This document shows, in pieces, positions 19,237 through 29,600 of a DNA stretch of 64,000 nt. The notes beneath the pieces were generated by a model. That model had not been told where the DNA came from and did no database searches. It saw only the letters and a program-made list of their open reading frames with translations. Source of the stretch: an uncultured Verrucomicrobiota bacterium (GTDB lineage: Bacteria; Verrucomicrobiota; Verrucomicrobiia; Limisphaerales; UBA1319). Each line of letters opens with the position of its first letter. Within the stretch, counting starts at the first letter, position 1. Where the stretch lies: contig CAZIDG010000011.1 in NCBI GenBank assembly GCA_964538065.1, positions 4,930 through 68,929 on the forward strand. The letters run 5' to 3'. The position numbers and the translations under genes are program-made.

Positions 19237-20019
19237 TTAATACCGCCATCCAACGGCATCGCGCAAGCGCTTCAAATCCCTGTCATTGGCGGTTGTAGGA
19301 TAGTCCAATTTATCAATTCTAAGTGTATTTGCCTCCAGCCACTTCCAAAACTCGGAATGGCCGTCAGCAAAGGAAAGCACCGTGCCGTTGTTATGGCGGA
19401 ACGCGGGCGAATTCTGCCAGATATTCTGCTCAATGCGCACGGCAAAATACCCATCATCAATGGTCACTGGATTTTCCTCAATAAACACAAACGCCTTCAC
19501 CGGCGGTGGGCGCTTGATATCAGAGAACTTACGGAAATCCGGATAGCGGTTAACATCATTGACACTGGTCACATCACTGTTCATGCGACCGTTCATGGAA
19601 TAAGAGCGAACACGATTATAGGGCTTGCCATTAATCTTGTACGGGGGCTCGCTGGGACACTTGTAGATCTTAATCTGCGTATTGTACTTGAAGAGCTTGC
19701 CATTCTTGATGTCCGCCTCGTTGGTGGCTCCCGGCAGATATGCAATATTGTTTTGAATCCACGACTTGGTGGTATCGCTGATATAATTCTGCACCAAGGT
19801 ATCGTTGTTATCTTCCTTGTACAGATACCAGGCGAGCATTAATTGCTTGTTGTTATTCAAGCAGGTGATGCCTTGGCCTTTGGCCTTGGCCTTGGCAAGG
19901 GAGGGCAACAACATTCCCGCCAGAATGGCAATGATTGCAATCACCACCAGCAATTCAATTAATGTAAATCCAGTGCGCCAGGCACCAGGACTATCGGACT
20001 CTCGACTATATCTTAACAT
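19237..20019 (-). CDS. DUF1559 / H-X9-DG protein with prepilin-type N-terminal cleavage/methylation domain
   Basis: 'GFTLIELLVVIAIIAILAGMLLPSLAKAKAKGQ' pseudopilin N-terminus and the C-terminal 'HNNGTVLSFADGH' (exact H-X9-DG). This family is hugely expanded in Planctomycetota/Verrucomicrobiota. Confidence 0.9.
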   Translation of the reverse strand: MLRYSRESDSPGAWRTGFTLIELLVVIAIIAILAGMLLPSLAKAKAKGQGITCLNNNKQLMLAWYLYKEDNNDTLVQNYISDTTKSWIQNNIAYLPGATNEADIKNGKLFKYNTQIKIYKCPSEPPYKINGKPYNRVRSYSMNGRMNSDVTSVNDVNRYPDFRKFSDIKRPPPVKAFVFIEENPVTIDDGYFAVRIEQNIWQNSPAFRHNNGTVLSFADGHSEFWKWLEANTLRIDKLDYPTTANDRDLKRLRDAVGWRY

Positions 20020-20454
20020 AACCTTTTGGAAATCGTTTGCCTCATGCTACTCTTTTGAAGGGCATATGCCTTAACGATACTGCCATATTTTAGCATGATA
20101 TTGCCACTCGACAACCATAATCTGGCAAAGAGGATTATGAGCCATGCGACACGCTGCATCAGCGTGGGAATACACCTTATCCTCAAGTGGATACGTCCAT
20201 GTCCAGACACCTGTTCCCAGGACGGAATTGTCAGATGCGGTCCTCAGCACACACACCATCCAATCCCATTGCAAGCATGGTATTTACATTACCATCCATC
20301 TCATTCGATTGGGTAAAATACTCCCCGGCAGAAAGTTGCAGCGTTTCGGCAGGTCGTGCCCGCCCCTGCTATTTGGCCGTCATCAAACCCCTCCAGTGCG
20401 TTTCCAAAGCCCATACTTGCCTTTTGGAGGATTGTTTTTTATATACTGGGTAGC

Positions 20455-21267
20455 ATGAGTACTGGTTATCACATCGTGGTTTGCGGCAGCATCGTGCCGG
20501 ACCCGCTACAGACATTTGAGCCCATCTCGACACCGGCAGGGCCGGCACTAAAGAACGAGATGATGCTTCCGGCCGTGCTGGACCCCTGGGCCAGCCACGC
20601 CTTGTATGAGGCGGCCCATCTGGCCAAGAACGTCCCCGGGAGCAAGGTGTGGCTTGTCAGCATCGGTCCCAAGGCAAAACTGCAGCAGGTGATGATGACT
20701 GTGGCTCAAAAGGTTCCGTTTGAACTGGTGGCCCTGGATGGGTCTGCCAGCGGTTTTTCGGATGCCTGGCAAACCGCTGCCGCCCTGGCCGAAGCCATTC
20801 AAGGCATTGCGGGTTTGGATCGTAATCGCCTCATGGTGTTTGGCGGTTGGGAATCCGCATCTCGCGGTGCTGGAGCAACGCTTCAATTGATTGGTGAACG
20901 TCTGGGCATTGTGGATCAATTCCTTGGCGTGGACCAACTTACAGTCAATCCCGACAATACCCTGCGCATCCTGGAGCGTATTGAAGGCGGCAAACACCAG
21001 GTATCCGTGTGCGCCGCGCCACCGGTCCTTCTGGGTTGGGCCACAGGAAATCTCCCTGAACCCCGAAACAATCCCCAGGTAGGCATGGCCAACATGCGTA
21101 CTGTCATGCCCGCTCTGCAGCGCGCCAAACCAGTCAAAACCATTGCCGAAGATGCTTCCTTCGTCTCTGTCTCCATGCCCAAACAATTACGCGAAACCCG
21201 TATTGTGAAGGACATGACGCCCGATGACATTGCCAAGGAAATCGCAGCGTGGATTCAACAAAGCTAA
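20455..21267 (+). CDS. etfB: Electron transfer flavoprotein beta subunit-like
   Basis: 'YHIVVCGSIVPDP' N-terminus (cf. ETF-beta 'KILVCVKQVPD'). Size is ~270 aa and it is followed directly by an ETF-alpha-like gene. The track ORF begins at 20356; ATG 20455 is preferred. Confidence 0.72.
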   Translation: MSTGYHIVVCGSIVPDPLQTFEPISTPAGPALKNEMMLPAVLDPWASHALYEAAHLAKNVPGSKVWLVSIGPKAKLQQVMMTVAQKVPFELVALDGSASGFSDAWQTAAALAEAIQGIAGLDRNRLMVFGGWESASRGAGATLQLIGERLGIVDQFLGVDQLTVNPDNTLRILERIEGGKHQVSVCAAPPVLLGWATGNLPEPRNNPQVGMANMRTVMPALQRAKPVKTIAEDASFVSVSMPKQLRETRIVKDMTPDDIAKEIAAWIQQS

Positions 21268-21290
21268 ACAAGGTTAACCTCTTACAACAC

Positions 21291-22319
21291 ATGGATACGA
21301 TATTGTTTTTGGCCCACACGGAATCGGATGGAACCTTGTGTCCTGCCGCCTTGGAAAGCCTGGCCGCAGCTCAAAAGCTTCAAAAAAGCCTGTCGGGATC
21401 AGCTCTTATTGCTGGTTTAATCGGCGCTAAAAACCAGGCCGCAGCCGATTCGCTGGCCCAGTCGGGATGCAGCCGTTTTCTCAGCGTTGAGGGTGAAGCA
21501 TTTGCACAGTCTCGCTATGCATCGGACGCTGCAGCCGCAGAGGCCCTCTGCAAGGCTGCCCAGGCCAGCATTATGATCGCCCCTCATACCGCGCGTTTCG
21601 CACGTTGTCTGCCCGGTGTGGCTCATCGTCTGAATGGACGCGCTGACACCCATGCCACCGGTGTGGATTGCAAAGATGGAGGCTTGGTGGTCAACCGCTG
21701 GTGTTACCGCCAACGTCTCGAATCTGTCATTAAACGCACCACCCGCCCCTGGATCATTCTGATGGATCCGGGTTGTGCCAATGCCTGGAAGGGCACGGCT
21801 TCCCCAGTCACTCTGGAACAGATCCCTGTCGCCCTGAGTGCCGCCCTCGAACGGACCCGCGTGACGGGCATACAGGCTCCCCCGGCCGACCAGCAGACCA
21901 TCCGGCCTGATGCCAAAGTTCTGTTTGTGGCCGGAGCGGGCTGGACAAAGAAACAAGCCGATGGGCAACCGCACGTCAAAGACGCCGAAGTGCTCATCCG
22001 GACGTTTCTGGACAAGGCACGGGCCTCCCTGGGCAGCAGCAAATCGTTGGTGGATTTGAGCGGTGAAGGCCAGGCCGTCCTTTCCTTTCTGACGCATCTC
22101 AACCAAATCGGACAGACTGGTTCCACGCCCAGACATCCCAAAGGCCTCGCCACCTGCTGTCATGGTGAAGAACCTCACACGGTGGGCTGGCGATTCATCA
22201 ACGAACGTCGCGCCATCAATCTCGATCCAAACTGTGGATGGGCAAGAGGCAAGGCGGATGTTTTATACGTGGCGGATGCTTTTGCCGTCATGAAACGCCT
22301 GAACGCATTGCTATCCTGA
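21291..22319 (+). CDS. etfA: Electron transfer flavoprotein alpha subunit-like (divergent FAD signature)
   Basis: 'ILFLAHTE..' N-terminus and C-terminal '..[25 protein letters not shown]', collinear with the ETF-alpha FAD-binding domain but with substitutions in the 'GISGAIQH' block (here 'CCHGEEPH'). The track start 21249 overlaps etfB. Confidence 0.68.
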   Translation: MDTILFLAHTESDGTLCPAALESLAAAQKLQKSLSGSALIAGLIGAKNQAAADSLAQSGCSRFLSVEGEAFAQSRYASDAAAAEALCKAAQASIMIAPHTARFARCLPGVAHRLNGRADTHATGVDCKDGGLVVNRWCYRQRLESVIKRTTRPWIILMDPGCANAWKGTASPVTLEQIPVALSAALERTRVTGIQAPPADQQTIRPDAKVLFVAGAGWTKKQADGQPHVKDAEVLIRTFLDKARASLGSSKSLVDLSGEGQAVLSFLTHLNQIGQTGSTPRHPKGLATCCHGEEPHTVGWRFINERRAINLDPNCGWARGKADVLYVADAFAVMKRLNALLS

Positions 22320-22342
22320 CCTTTTCCACGAAAGGAGGCTCC

Positions 22343-22636
22343 ATGTTTACCGTCATGGTTCATATCAAGGTCAAACCTGAGTGCATCGAGGCATTCAAGG
22401 CGGCTTCGCTGGACAATGCCCACCATAGCCGTCAGGAGCCTGGCATCGCCCGTTTTGACTGTTTTCAGCAGACCGATGATCCTGCACGTTTTGTCTTGGT
22501 GGAAGCCTATCGCTCAGCCGAAGACCCCGCCCGACACAAGGAGACTGCTCATTACCAGCGCTGGCGCGATGCCGTAGCCAGCATGATGGCGGAGCCGCGC
22601 TCCAGCGTGAAATATGTCTGGCAGAATCCCCAATAA
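22343..22636 (+). CDS. Antibiotic-biosynthesis-monooxygenase (ABM) domain protein
   Basis: ~97 aa: '[74 protein letters not shown]', the classic ABM ferredoxin-like pattern. The track ORF 22238 is longer; ATG 22343 is preferred. Confidence 0.7.
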   Translation: MFTVMVHIKVKPECIEAFKAASLDNAHHSRQEPGIARFDCFQQTDDPARFVLVEAYRSAEDPARHKETAHYQRWRDAVASMMAEPRSSVKYVWQNPQ

Positions 22637-22662
22637 CGACAAACATTCCTGGAAATGATGAT

Positions 22663-23832
22663 GTGAGTGCAGGAATCGCCAGTTTTGAGTTTGCCACCGC
22701 CCCCAAAGTCATTTTTGGAAGCGGATCGCTCAAACAGACTGGTCCTGCCTCACGACATCTGGGAACACGTGGATTCATTGTTTGTGGCCACCGGCAAAAG
22801 CTCGCGCAGGAACTGAAAAGCAGCCTGGCACCAGAGGGTTTTTCGCTGGATGTCATTTCCATCTCAGGCGAGCCGACCACAGACCAAATCGAATCGGTGG
22901 TTGAAAGGGTCCGATCCGCGAAAGCCGAAGTTCTTTTTGCTGTGGGAGGGGGCGGCGCCATGGACTCGGCCAAGGCCATTGCGGCCATGGCAGGCAATAC
23001 GGGCACGCTCCTTGATTATCTTGAGGTTGTTGGGTTGGGCAAGCCCCTCCCCTGTCCTGCCCTGCCTGTTGTCGCGATTCCCACCACGGCAGGCACCGGT
23101 GCCGAGGTGACCCGGAATGCGGTTTTGCATTCTCCAAGTCATCATGTGAAAGCCAGCCTGCGTCATGCCAGCATGATGCCCCGTCTGGCGATAGTGGATC
23201 CCCTGCTCACGCTGGATCTGCCACCGGCAATCACAGCGGCCACAGGCATGGATGCGTTGACCCAGCTCATCGAGCCCTATGTGTCGATCAAAGCCAATCC
23301 CATGTCCGATGCGCTCGCACGCGAAGGCCTGGCACATGCCGCCAGTTCCCTCGCCAAGGCATTCCAGAAGCCAGACGACGTCGCAGCACGGGAGCACATG
23401 AGCGTGGCCAGTCTTTTCAGCGGCATGGCCCTTGCGAATTCGGGATTGGGAGCCGTGCACGGAATAGCCGCCCCCCTGGGCGGGGCTTTCGGCGCACCCC
23501 ATGGCGCCATTTGCGCCGCTTTGCTGCCCCATGCCATGACCGTCAATATTGCCGCCATGCGGTCACGACAACCCCAGCATGAGGCGCTGCGACGTTATGA
23601 TGAAATTGCCAGAATCCTTACAGGCCGCACGTCAGCCAAGGCTGACGATGGGGTTCAGTGGATTCTGGAACTGGTTCGATCCATGAGCATCCCATCCCTG
23701 GCTCATTACGGGATCGCGGCCAACCACGTCGCCGACCTTGCAGCCAAAGCCGCTTCTGCCAGCAGCATGCGTGGCAATCCCATCCAGCTTCAACCGGGAG
23801 AAATCGAAGACATTTTGAACCGGGCACTCTAA
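22663..23832 (+). CDS. Iron-containing (group III) alcohol dehydrogenase, FucO/lactaldehyde-reductase-like by context
   Basis: GTG start. 'AVGGGGAMDSAKAIA', 'IPTTAGTGAEVT' and 'HG..C..LLPH' are typical Fe-ADH motifs. Confidence 0.85.
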   Translation: MSAGIASFEFATAPKVIFGSGSLKQTGPASRHLGTRGFIVCGHRQKLAQELKSSLAPEGFSLDVISISGEPTTDQIESVVERVRSAKAEVLFAVGGGGAMDSAKAIAAMAGNTGTLLDYLEVVGLGKPLPCPALPVVAIPTTAGTGAEVTRNAVLHSPSHHVKASLRHASMMPRLAIVDPLLTLDLPPAITAATGMDALTQLIEPYVSIKANPMSDALAREGLAHAASSLAKAFQKPDDVAAREHMSVASLFSGMALANSGLGAVHGIAAPLGGAFGAPHGAICAALLPHAMTVNIAAMRSRQPQHEALRRYDEIARILTGRTSAKADDGVQWILELVRSMSIPSLAHYGIAANHVADLAAKAASASSMRGNPIQLQPGEIEDILNRAL

Positions 23833-23872
23833 AGCGCCCGGCCCGAAATATTCGTTGCGTCAAAGCCTGTCG

Positions 23873-26209
23873 TTACGGGGTGCTCAACCGATAATACCGC
23901 GCCGCAGCGGTTGGCGCGGTGTCCGTGACTTCAATCGTCTGCGATGCGCTGACTGCTGAAATGTTGGTCAACACCTGCCATGTGGAATTCAACGCATTAT
24001 CGCAATACCACACGGAATAACTGCGGCCCGCCATCACCGAAACGGCAATGCCCATGCTTTTGCCCTTCGGAACCACTGAACCGATGGTCAACTTGCTGGC
24101 AGCATCAGCGGGATCTGTGCCACAAAGATATTCGCTCTGATTCGACAGGCCATCCGCATCCATGTCCAGGGCTGCATCCAATGGCGAAGACGGATTCAAA
24201 CCATGGGACAGCTCCCATTCGTCAGGCATGCCATCGCCATCCAAGTCCGTGGCCGCTCCCGTATTATGCCATCCGGGGGTTGGGGCGCCTGTTTTCCAGC
24301 ACACCGGATCATTGCCATAAACGAATGCATTTGTTTTCTGCAGGGAATATCCTGTTCCGGCAGCACCGGCCGGCCAGGGATAGATGCTGGAGTAATCCAC
24401 CTTCTCAACCGTCACGTAGGGCACAATCCCCTCGTTAATGTGCGTAATGCCCTGGATGTAATCAGGCTCCAGCAACGAAATCGGCTCCGAGGAGTTGCTC
24501 AATTTGCCATCATATGGCCCATACAGCTTCACCCCATCAGGAACGCCATAGCGGCTGATAAATTCAGCCCGAGCAACGGTATTGGTCTCAGGATCGAAGC
24601 TAACCACAAGGATATATCCTCCCGCGGGGATCACTGCATTCTGCGGGAAATCAAAGTCCACCCCACCGCGCAGGCGCCAGGTGTTGGTCGTCTCCACCAC
24701 ATGATGCAATGGCACGGGAACAGCCGTCATGTTGAACAATTCGATGTACTCATCCTGGACATTGTCGTTGGTGGTTCCTGCAGGCGACGGCGGCTGGAAC
24801 ATGATCTCAGAAATGACGACAGGTCCCACAGCAGGGCCGGAATTGGCCGAGCCAATGGTATTTGTGATCTGCATGGGATACTGCACCACTCCGACACTGT
24901 TGGTATAGCGTCCCAACGTGGTCGCATTGAAGGTGGGCCCAAAGGAAATGGTGGCGCGATATCCGGTAAGGTTGCCTGCGGCGTCGGCGGCCGACACGAA
25001 AACGGAATCTCCTTCTGAAGAGTTCAGATTGAACGCCACAAGGCCGTTTGTAAAATCGTGCTCGTAATACACCATGTATCCCAAGCCAGGCAACTGCGTG
25101 CCCGAGGGAATGCGGAATTTCTTCAGGTTCGACAGACTATCACTGAGGTACCACCCTCCAATATCCACCATGCTGCCCGTGGGGTTCAACAACTCAATCG
25201 CATCCTCCAGTGGCGGATCCGTATGGGTCAACACCTCGTTGATCACCACCGTGCTCAATGGCAAATAGTTGCTCTCGGCGGGTGAAGGGGTGGTGTAAAA
25301 TTTGACCACCGTGGTGGCATTGCCGTCGGGCAGGCGTCCCTCCGACACTCCATTGAGTTGGGCCAGGAAGATCACACTATCAATGGCGGCCCCAATCTCG
25401 GGGAAGATGCCCAATTCATCCCCATCCTTTGAGAGTTTGAAATTCACATGCTTTGGGCCATTGGCCACCTTGTCATCCGCAATGAATTTCTGGAATGCCT
25501 GAGCTCCTGTGCCAATGAAAGAGAGACTGGGTATGCGAAACTTGCGGGGTGTTTTCTTCAGGCTGTTCGTGAGGTACAGGCCGCCAAGAGCCACCGGCTT
25601 GGTATCGGGGTTATAAATTTCAAACCAATCGTCACCCCCATCGGGATCGGCCATCCACTCATTAATCTTCAAGGCGGAGGGATTGCCCATGCTCACGAGC
25701 ACGTTGGCACTTCCTTTGGAAGGTTCCGTTAAAGTAAAGGCCGAGGCGTTTGACTGCTGACGTCCAATCGAAAAATCAGGAATCTGAATGCCAAAGACGA
25801 CGGAATCGACCAACTGGCTGTTGGCATCGTACAAATACACAGCATCGCCATCAGCATTCAACCCATACCCGGTGTTATAGGGTGAAGCCGGCGTTGTGTT
25901 GTCAAAATACACGACCAAGTAACGTCCCCCGCGGATGACAGATCCGTTCGGGAACACCCATTTGCGAGGATTTAATGGATCACTCGTCAGGCTCATCCCC
26001 TCCAGATCAACATCGTTCGTGGAAGCATTATAGAACTCCACCCAATCCGGAGTTGAGCCGCTGGATTCCACATAGGTGGCATTGTTAGCCAGCACCTCAT
26101 TGATAAAAACGTCACTGGCCTGGACATTAATAGACCACACCAACCCCGCACCCATCAGGGCTGTAACAAATAGGTTACGCATTTTGTATTTAATATGAGC
26201 AACATTCAT
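23873..26209 (-). CDS. Secreted protein 'A': 4x lamin-tail domain (LTD) + TSP3-like acidic repeats + C-terminal [FY][FY]R[LVA] module
   Basis: Signal peptide MRNLFVTALMGAGLVWSINVQA. Four repeats of the LTD pattern 'INE..(x)..DW[VFI]E[FIL][YF]N....V.L.G..L[ST]': 'FINEVLANN..DWVEFYNASTNDVDLEGMSLTSD', 'INEWMADP..DWFEIYNPDTKPVALGGLYLTN', 'VINEVLTHTDPPLEDAIELLNPTGSMVDIGGWYLSD', 'ISEIMFQP..EYIELFNMTA'. Then 'DLDGDGMPDEWE..DMDADGLSNQSEYLCGTDP'. The track ORF runs to 26293; plausible starts are 26209 or 26182. Confidence 0.8.
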   Translation of the reverse strand: MNVAHIKYKMRNLFVTALMGAGLVWSINVQASDVFINEVLANNATYVESSGSTPDWVEFYNASTNDVDLEGMSLTSDPLNPRKWVFPNGSVIRGGRYLVVYFDNTTPASPYNTGYGLNADGDAVYLYDANSQLVDSVVFGIQIPDFSIGRQQSNASAFTLTEPSKGSANVLVSMGNPSALKINEWMADPDGGDDWFEIYNPDTKPVALGGLYLTNSLKKTPRKFRIPSLSFIGTGAQAFQKFIADDKVANGPKHVNFKLSKDGDELGIFPEIGAAIDSVIFLAQLNGVSEGRLPDGNATTVVKFYTTPSPAESNYLPLSTVVINEVLTHTDPPLEDAIELLNPTGSMVDIGGWYLSDSLSNLKKFRIPSGTQLPGLGYMVYYEHDFTNGLVAFNLNSSEGDSVFVSAADAAGNLTGYRATISFGPTFNATTLGRYTNSVGVVQYPMQITNTIGSANSGPAVGPVVISEIMFQPPSPAGTTNDNVQDEYIELFNMTAVPVPLHHVVETTNTWRLRGGVDFDFPQNAVIPAGGYILVVSFDPETNTVARAEFISRYGVPDGVKLYGPYDGKLSNSSEPISLLEPDYIQGITHINEGIVPYVTVEKVDYSSIYPWPAGAAGTGYSLQKTNAFVYGNDPVCWKTGAPTPGWHNTGAATDLDGDGMPDEWELSHGLNPSSPLDAALDMDADGLSNQSEYLCGTDPADAASKLTIGSVVPKGKSMGIAVSVMAGRSYSVWYCDNALNSTWQVLTNISAVSASQTIEVTDTAPTAAARYYRLSTP

Positions 26210-26527
26210 TCCACTCCCAACACTCATGACATGTTGCAATTTACTGCCAACGAATGACTTACACATACCCACCACCCAACCCGCACTCGTCACACGTTGT
26301 GAATCCGCTTCTCATACTGGTTTGCCCCCACCCATGACAAGCCTTTCCAATCACTCTTTCCATGTTACTGGCGGGGTTTGAGATCCTGAACAACGACCTC
26401 TGGAATCCAGAATGGGCACCATCTGCACCAGAATTCCTGGTTAAAGGGCTCAAGGCAGGCACATGCACCTTATTTGCATAAACCGGCAGGAAGCGACTGT
26501 TTGAGACGCATCGTTCGGTAATGCATC

Positions 26528-26562
26528 AAGGATGGCTGGGGATTGTGTCCTCAGCCATCCTT
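26528..26562 (-). terminator. Hairpin immediately downstream of gene B (possible terminator)
   Basis: Perfect 11-bp stem AAGGATGGCTG / CAGCCATCCTT with a 13-nt loop, ~45 nt after the stop at 26605. No clear U-tract on the minus strand. Confidence 0.45.
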
Positions 26563-26604
26563 TGAAGTTATCAGGGATAAGGGGAAAATCAGCACCACCT
26601 GCGC

Positions 26605-29600
26605 TCAAGGCAACGCCGGTGTGACAAGCCGGTAAAAACGCACGGGAGTAGTATGCGGGAGCGGATCTTCCACCTCGATGATGCGGGATGTTGAATCGGC
26701 GGCAACATCAGTCAGTTTTTGCCATCCTCCCGTGGCCAGACTGTCGCGGTACATTATTGAATAGGAATGCCCGGCAACAAACGCGAAACTGAGTTTGGGG
26801 CCGCCAACCGATCCATTCTTCAAATTCAACTTCAAGAAACTCTTGCTGTTGCGCGGATCGGTGCCCGCACCATATTCCTGCAAGTTGCTGGCGCCATCCT
26901 GGTCAGGATCGGCATTGTCACCCCCGATGGCGGGGTTGGCTATTTCTGCCTCGGTGAAATAGCGTTGTTTCCACACCAGAGCCGAATCCATCACAACGTT
27001 GATGGAGACCTCATGATAAACAGAGTGCTCGCCATCCTCAGCCGTCAAACGCAACACATACGGGCCAGGCTCCGTAATGGTCACCTTTGTTGCCAGCTCT
27101 GTGGTGGTCGAAAATTCAACCAGGGCAGGACCGGCCGACTGGCCCCAGTAAGTGTACAACGTCCCGGGAGGAACAGGCATGCCATCATCCACGGCCGTGC
27201 CGGTTAACTGCAGTACGATGGGCAACGCGGTGACGAGCAGATTGGCATCCTGTCCTGCGTACACATAGGGTTTGCGGTTGCTCTCCACCCCCGGGGATGG
27301 AGCGGGATCACTATCGCGCCAATTCAAGGCATCATTGCCAAAGCCAGAAGCAATCAGGCGTTCCAGCGAGGCTCCGCCCCCATCGGCATTGGTGGGCCAT
27401 GGATATTTGTCATTATAGCGAACTTCGTCCACAGTCACATAGGGCACGTACACAGTGCCATTGGTGTCCAATTCAGGAGCCTCAGGCTGCTGCAATTGCA
27501 GCAGTTCACCGCTATCCTGCAGCACCCCACTCATCGGCCCGAAAACCGGCACACTCGATGGCACCTTGTACTGGGTGCGGAAGGAATTGGTATCCCCAGC
27601 CACAACAAGGAATAGGCCATTTGCGGGGATCTCCACGTTGGGAGGGAAGGCATAGCCGCCGCCCTTCAACCGCCACGTGTTGGTGGAAAATCTTGCATCA
27701 TAGAGTTTCACCACGTTGGTGCTTATGTTCTTGAACTCAACGAACTCGGTTTGCCCCGTCGCAGGATGATAATAGATTTCGTTGATGACGATGGGCCCCA
27801 CGCGCGGACCACTGTTGACCCGGCCCAGGGTATTGGTCCTTTGGGCAGGGAAGAAAACCTCGCCCAGGCTGTTGGTATAGCGTCCAAATGTGACACCCGT
27901 TGCAGCGGCATCGAACTCCACCCCGTCACAATAACCGGTAAGCTCACCCGCCGCATTCGCAGCGAACAAATACACCTGTTCGCCATGTGAACTCAGGGTG
28001 AAGCTTGGATCAATCCCGGGGGTTGGATTAAAGTCGCTTTCGGTCAAGACCACATAACCTCCCGCCTGAACGGTCCTGCCTGCTGGTATGCGGTATTTTT
28101 TGGGTGTTTTCTTGTCATCCGTCAAATACCAGTAACCAATGTTAATGTTAAAATCAGTTGGATTATGCAGCTCGATGGCGTCGACCTCAGGAGGCTCGGA
28201 GTTGCTCAAGAACTCATTGATCAGAACCGTGCCCGTCAGAGGCTCGGGATCATCCGCTCCCGGAGATCCGCCCCGGAATGCGCTGGCCCGCCAGTGGGCC
28301 GCATTGTCAGGATCGGAATTCGCATTGGGATTCATGGGGACAATGGAGAAACCCATGCCGTCAGCCGTTGCCGGCCAGGGCGCCCGCGAATCATATTTTA
28401 CCGAAAACAATGGCGTGCCAATGGCATGGACCAGGGTCAGTTCATCGCCATTGTTGGCCAACTGGCCGGCATACACTCCATCCACTTTGATGGAGGGATA
28501 ATTACTCTGGAAGGAAGCTGGATCGTGCACGAGAACGGCGAACTGACCGGGGGCCAGCACCGTGCCATTGGTAAAGGTGAAATCAATGCCTGAGGTGAAG
28601 TGAACCCCGCTCAAATCCAGAATGTCAGTTCCAATATTCTTGAGTTCGAGGAACTCAAACCGATCCCCGTCGGCCTGTCCCTGATCCTGCGGATGATACA
28701 TGATTTCTGTGATGACCAATTCCTTGAAGGTTTGAATCACAAGGAAATCAGCCTCGGTCAAGGGGCTCCATTCCAGTCCATTCCATGTGCGAGCCATGAC
28801 ATGCTGATTTCGCCCGATGGTAATTGGACCGCGGTAAACCTGGGCCTGGGCAGAAATGGCACCTCCAAGAACGCGGGGATCCGTGCCATTCGTCGTATAG
28901 TAAATGGTCCCACCAAAAGCTTCCATGCTCAGATTGAAGCCCTTCTCCACATGACCTCCATGCTGTCCAAAGGAAGGGGCCTGCAAATTGGGGAAGAGAT
29001 TCTTATCCCTCAACTGCTGCAACACGACCCCCGTTCGGTAGGGCAGAATGTTGGTCAGCACATTGTTTATGGCTGCAATCCATTCGACATCGCGGGTCAG
29101 AGGTGTCGTTCGTTTGGAATCCCCCCAGCGCGCTGACTCGCCGACCACCGCACGGTCAATCTCGGTTTTGCGCCTCAGGAATCGTTCGATGCACTTGTCA
29201 GGAGTCAACACACCATCGTTGAACATGTGTTTCTGAATCCGGTCCGCAATCGTAAGACGAAACTCCGGACTATTCCACAACTGCTGCCATACCCATTGGG
29301 GACTGCTGTAGTAAACATCGTTGGTCCCGGCAGGGAATGGGCCCGTGCGGTCTTCATTCAAATCCAGAAGGGTGTGCTCGGCATCGTGAATGATGAAACG
29401 GAAACCATCCGCGCCGGTGCGATCACGAAGGCCATACCAATTGTTGGGCCTTTCGTTGTTCAGGAACCAGGAGATTGGCGCATCCAGATTGCCACCGTAC
29501 AGGATGATCAACATATAATCCACCAGGTTGGTGACATCGACCAGGTTTTCATACGCCGGATTACGGCTGCCATCCACGTTGCGCCCCTGGATCTTCATGT

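Noticed and set aside
20020-20454. The 435-bp gap between the DUF1559 gene and etfB as a possible ncRNA or pseudogene remnant.
   Set aside because: I found no convincing stem-loops, repeats or residual reading frame with family resemblance by eye. The track ORFs here (20095..20316, 20144..20458, 20187..20453) are compositionally implausible. The gap most simply holds two divergent promoters.
22343-22636. L-rhamnose mutarotase (RhaM) assignment for the ~97-aa ferredoxin-like protein near the rhamnose locus.
   Set aside because: The sequence pattern fits the generic ABM family rather than E. coli RhaM/YiiL. It is also in the etfBA-ADH transcription unit, not the rha operon.
24203-25018. Long plus-strand ORFs inside the LTD/CotH genes (e.g. 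24203..25018, 28600..29136, 29227..29991, 37631..38449, 38684..39406).
   Set aside because: They lie antisense to much longer ORFs that carry clear domain motifs. Their translations are Arg/His/Gly/Pro-rich with no recognisable motifs. This is typical shadow-ORF behaviour in moderately GC-rich DNA.
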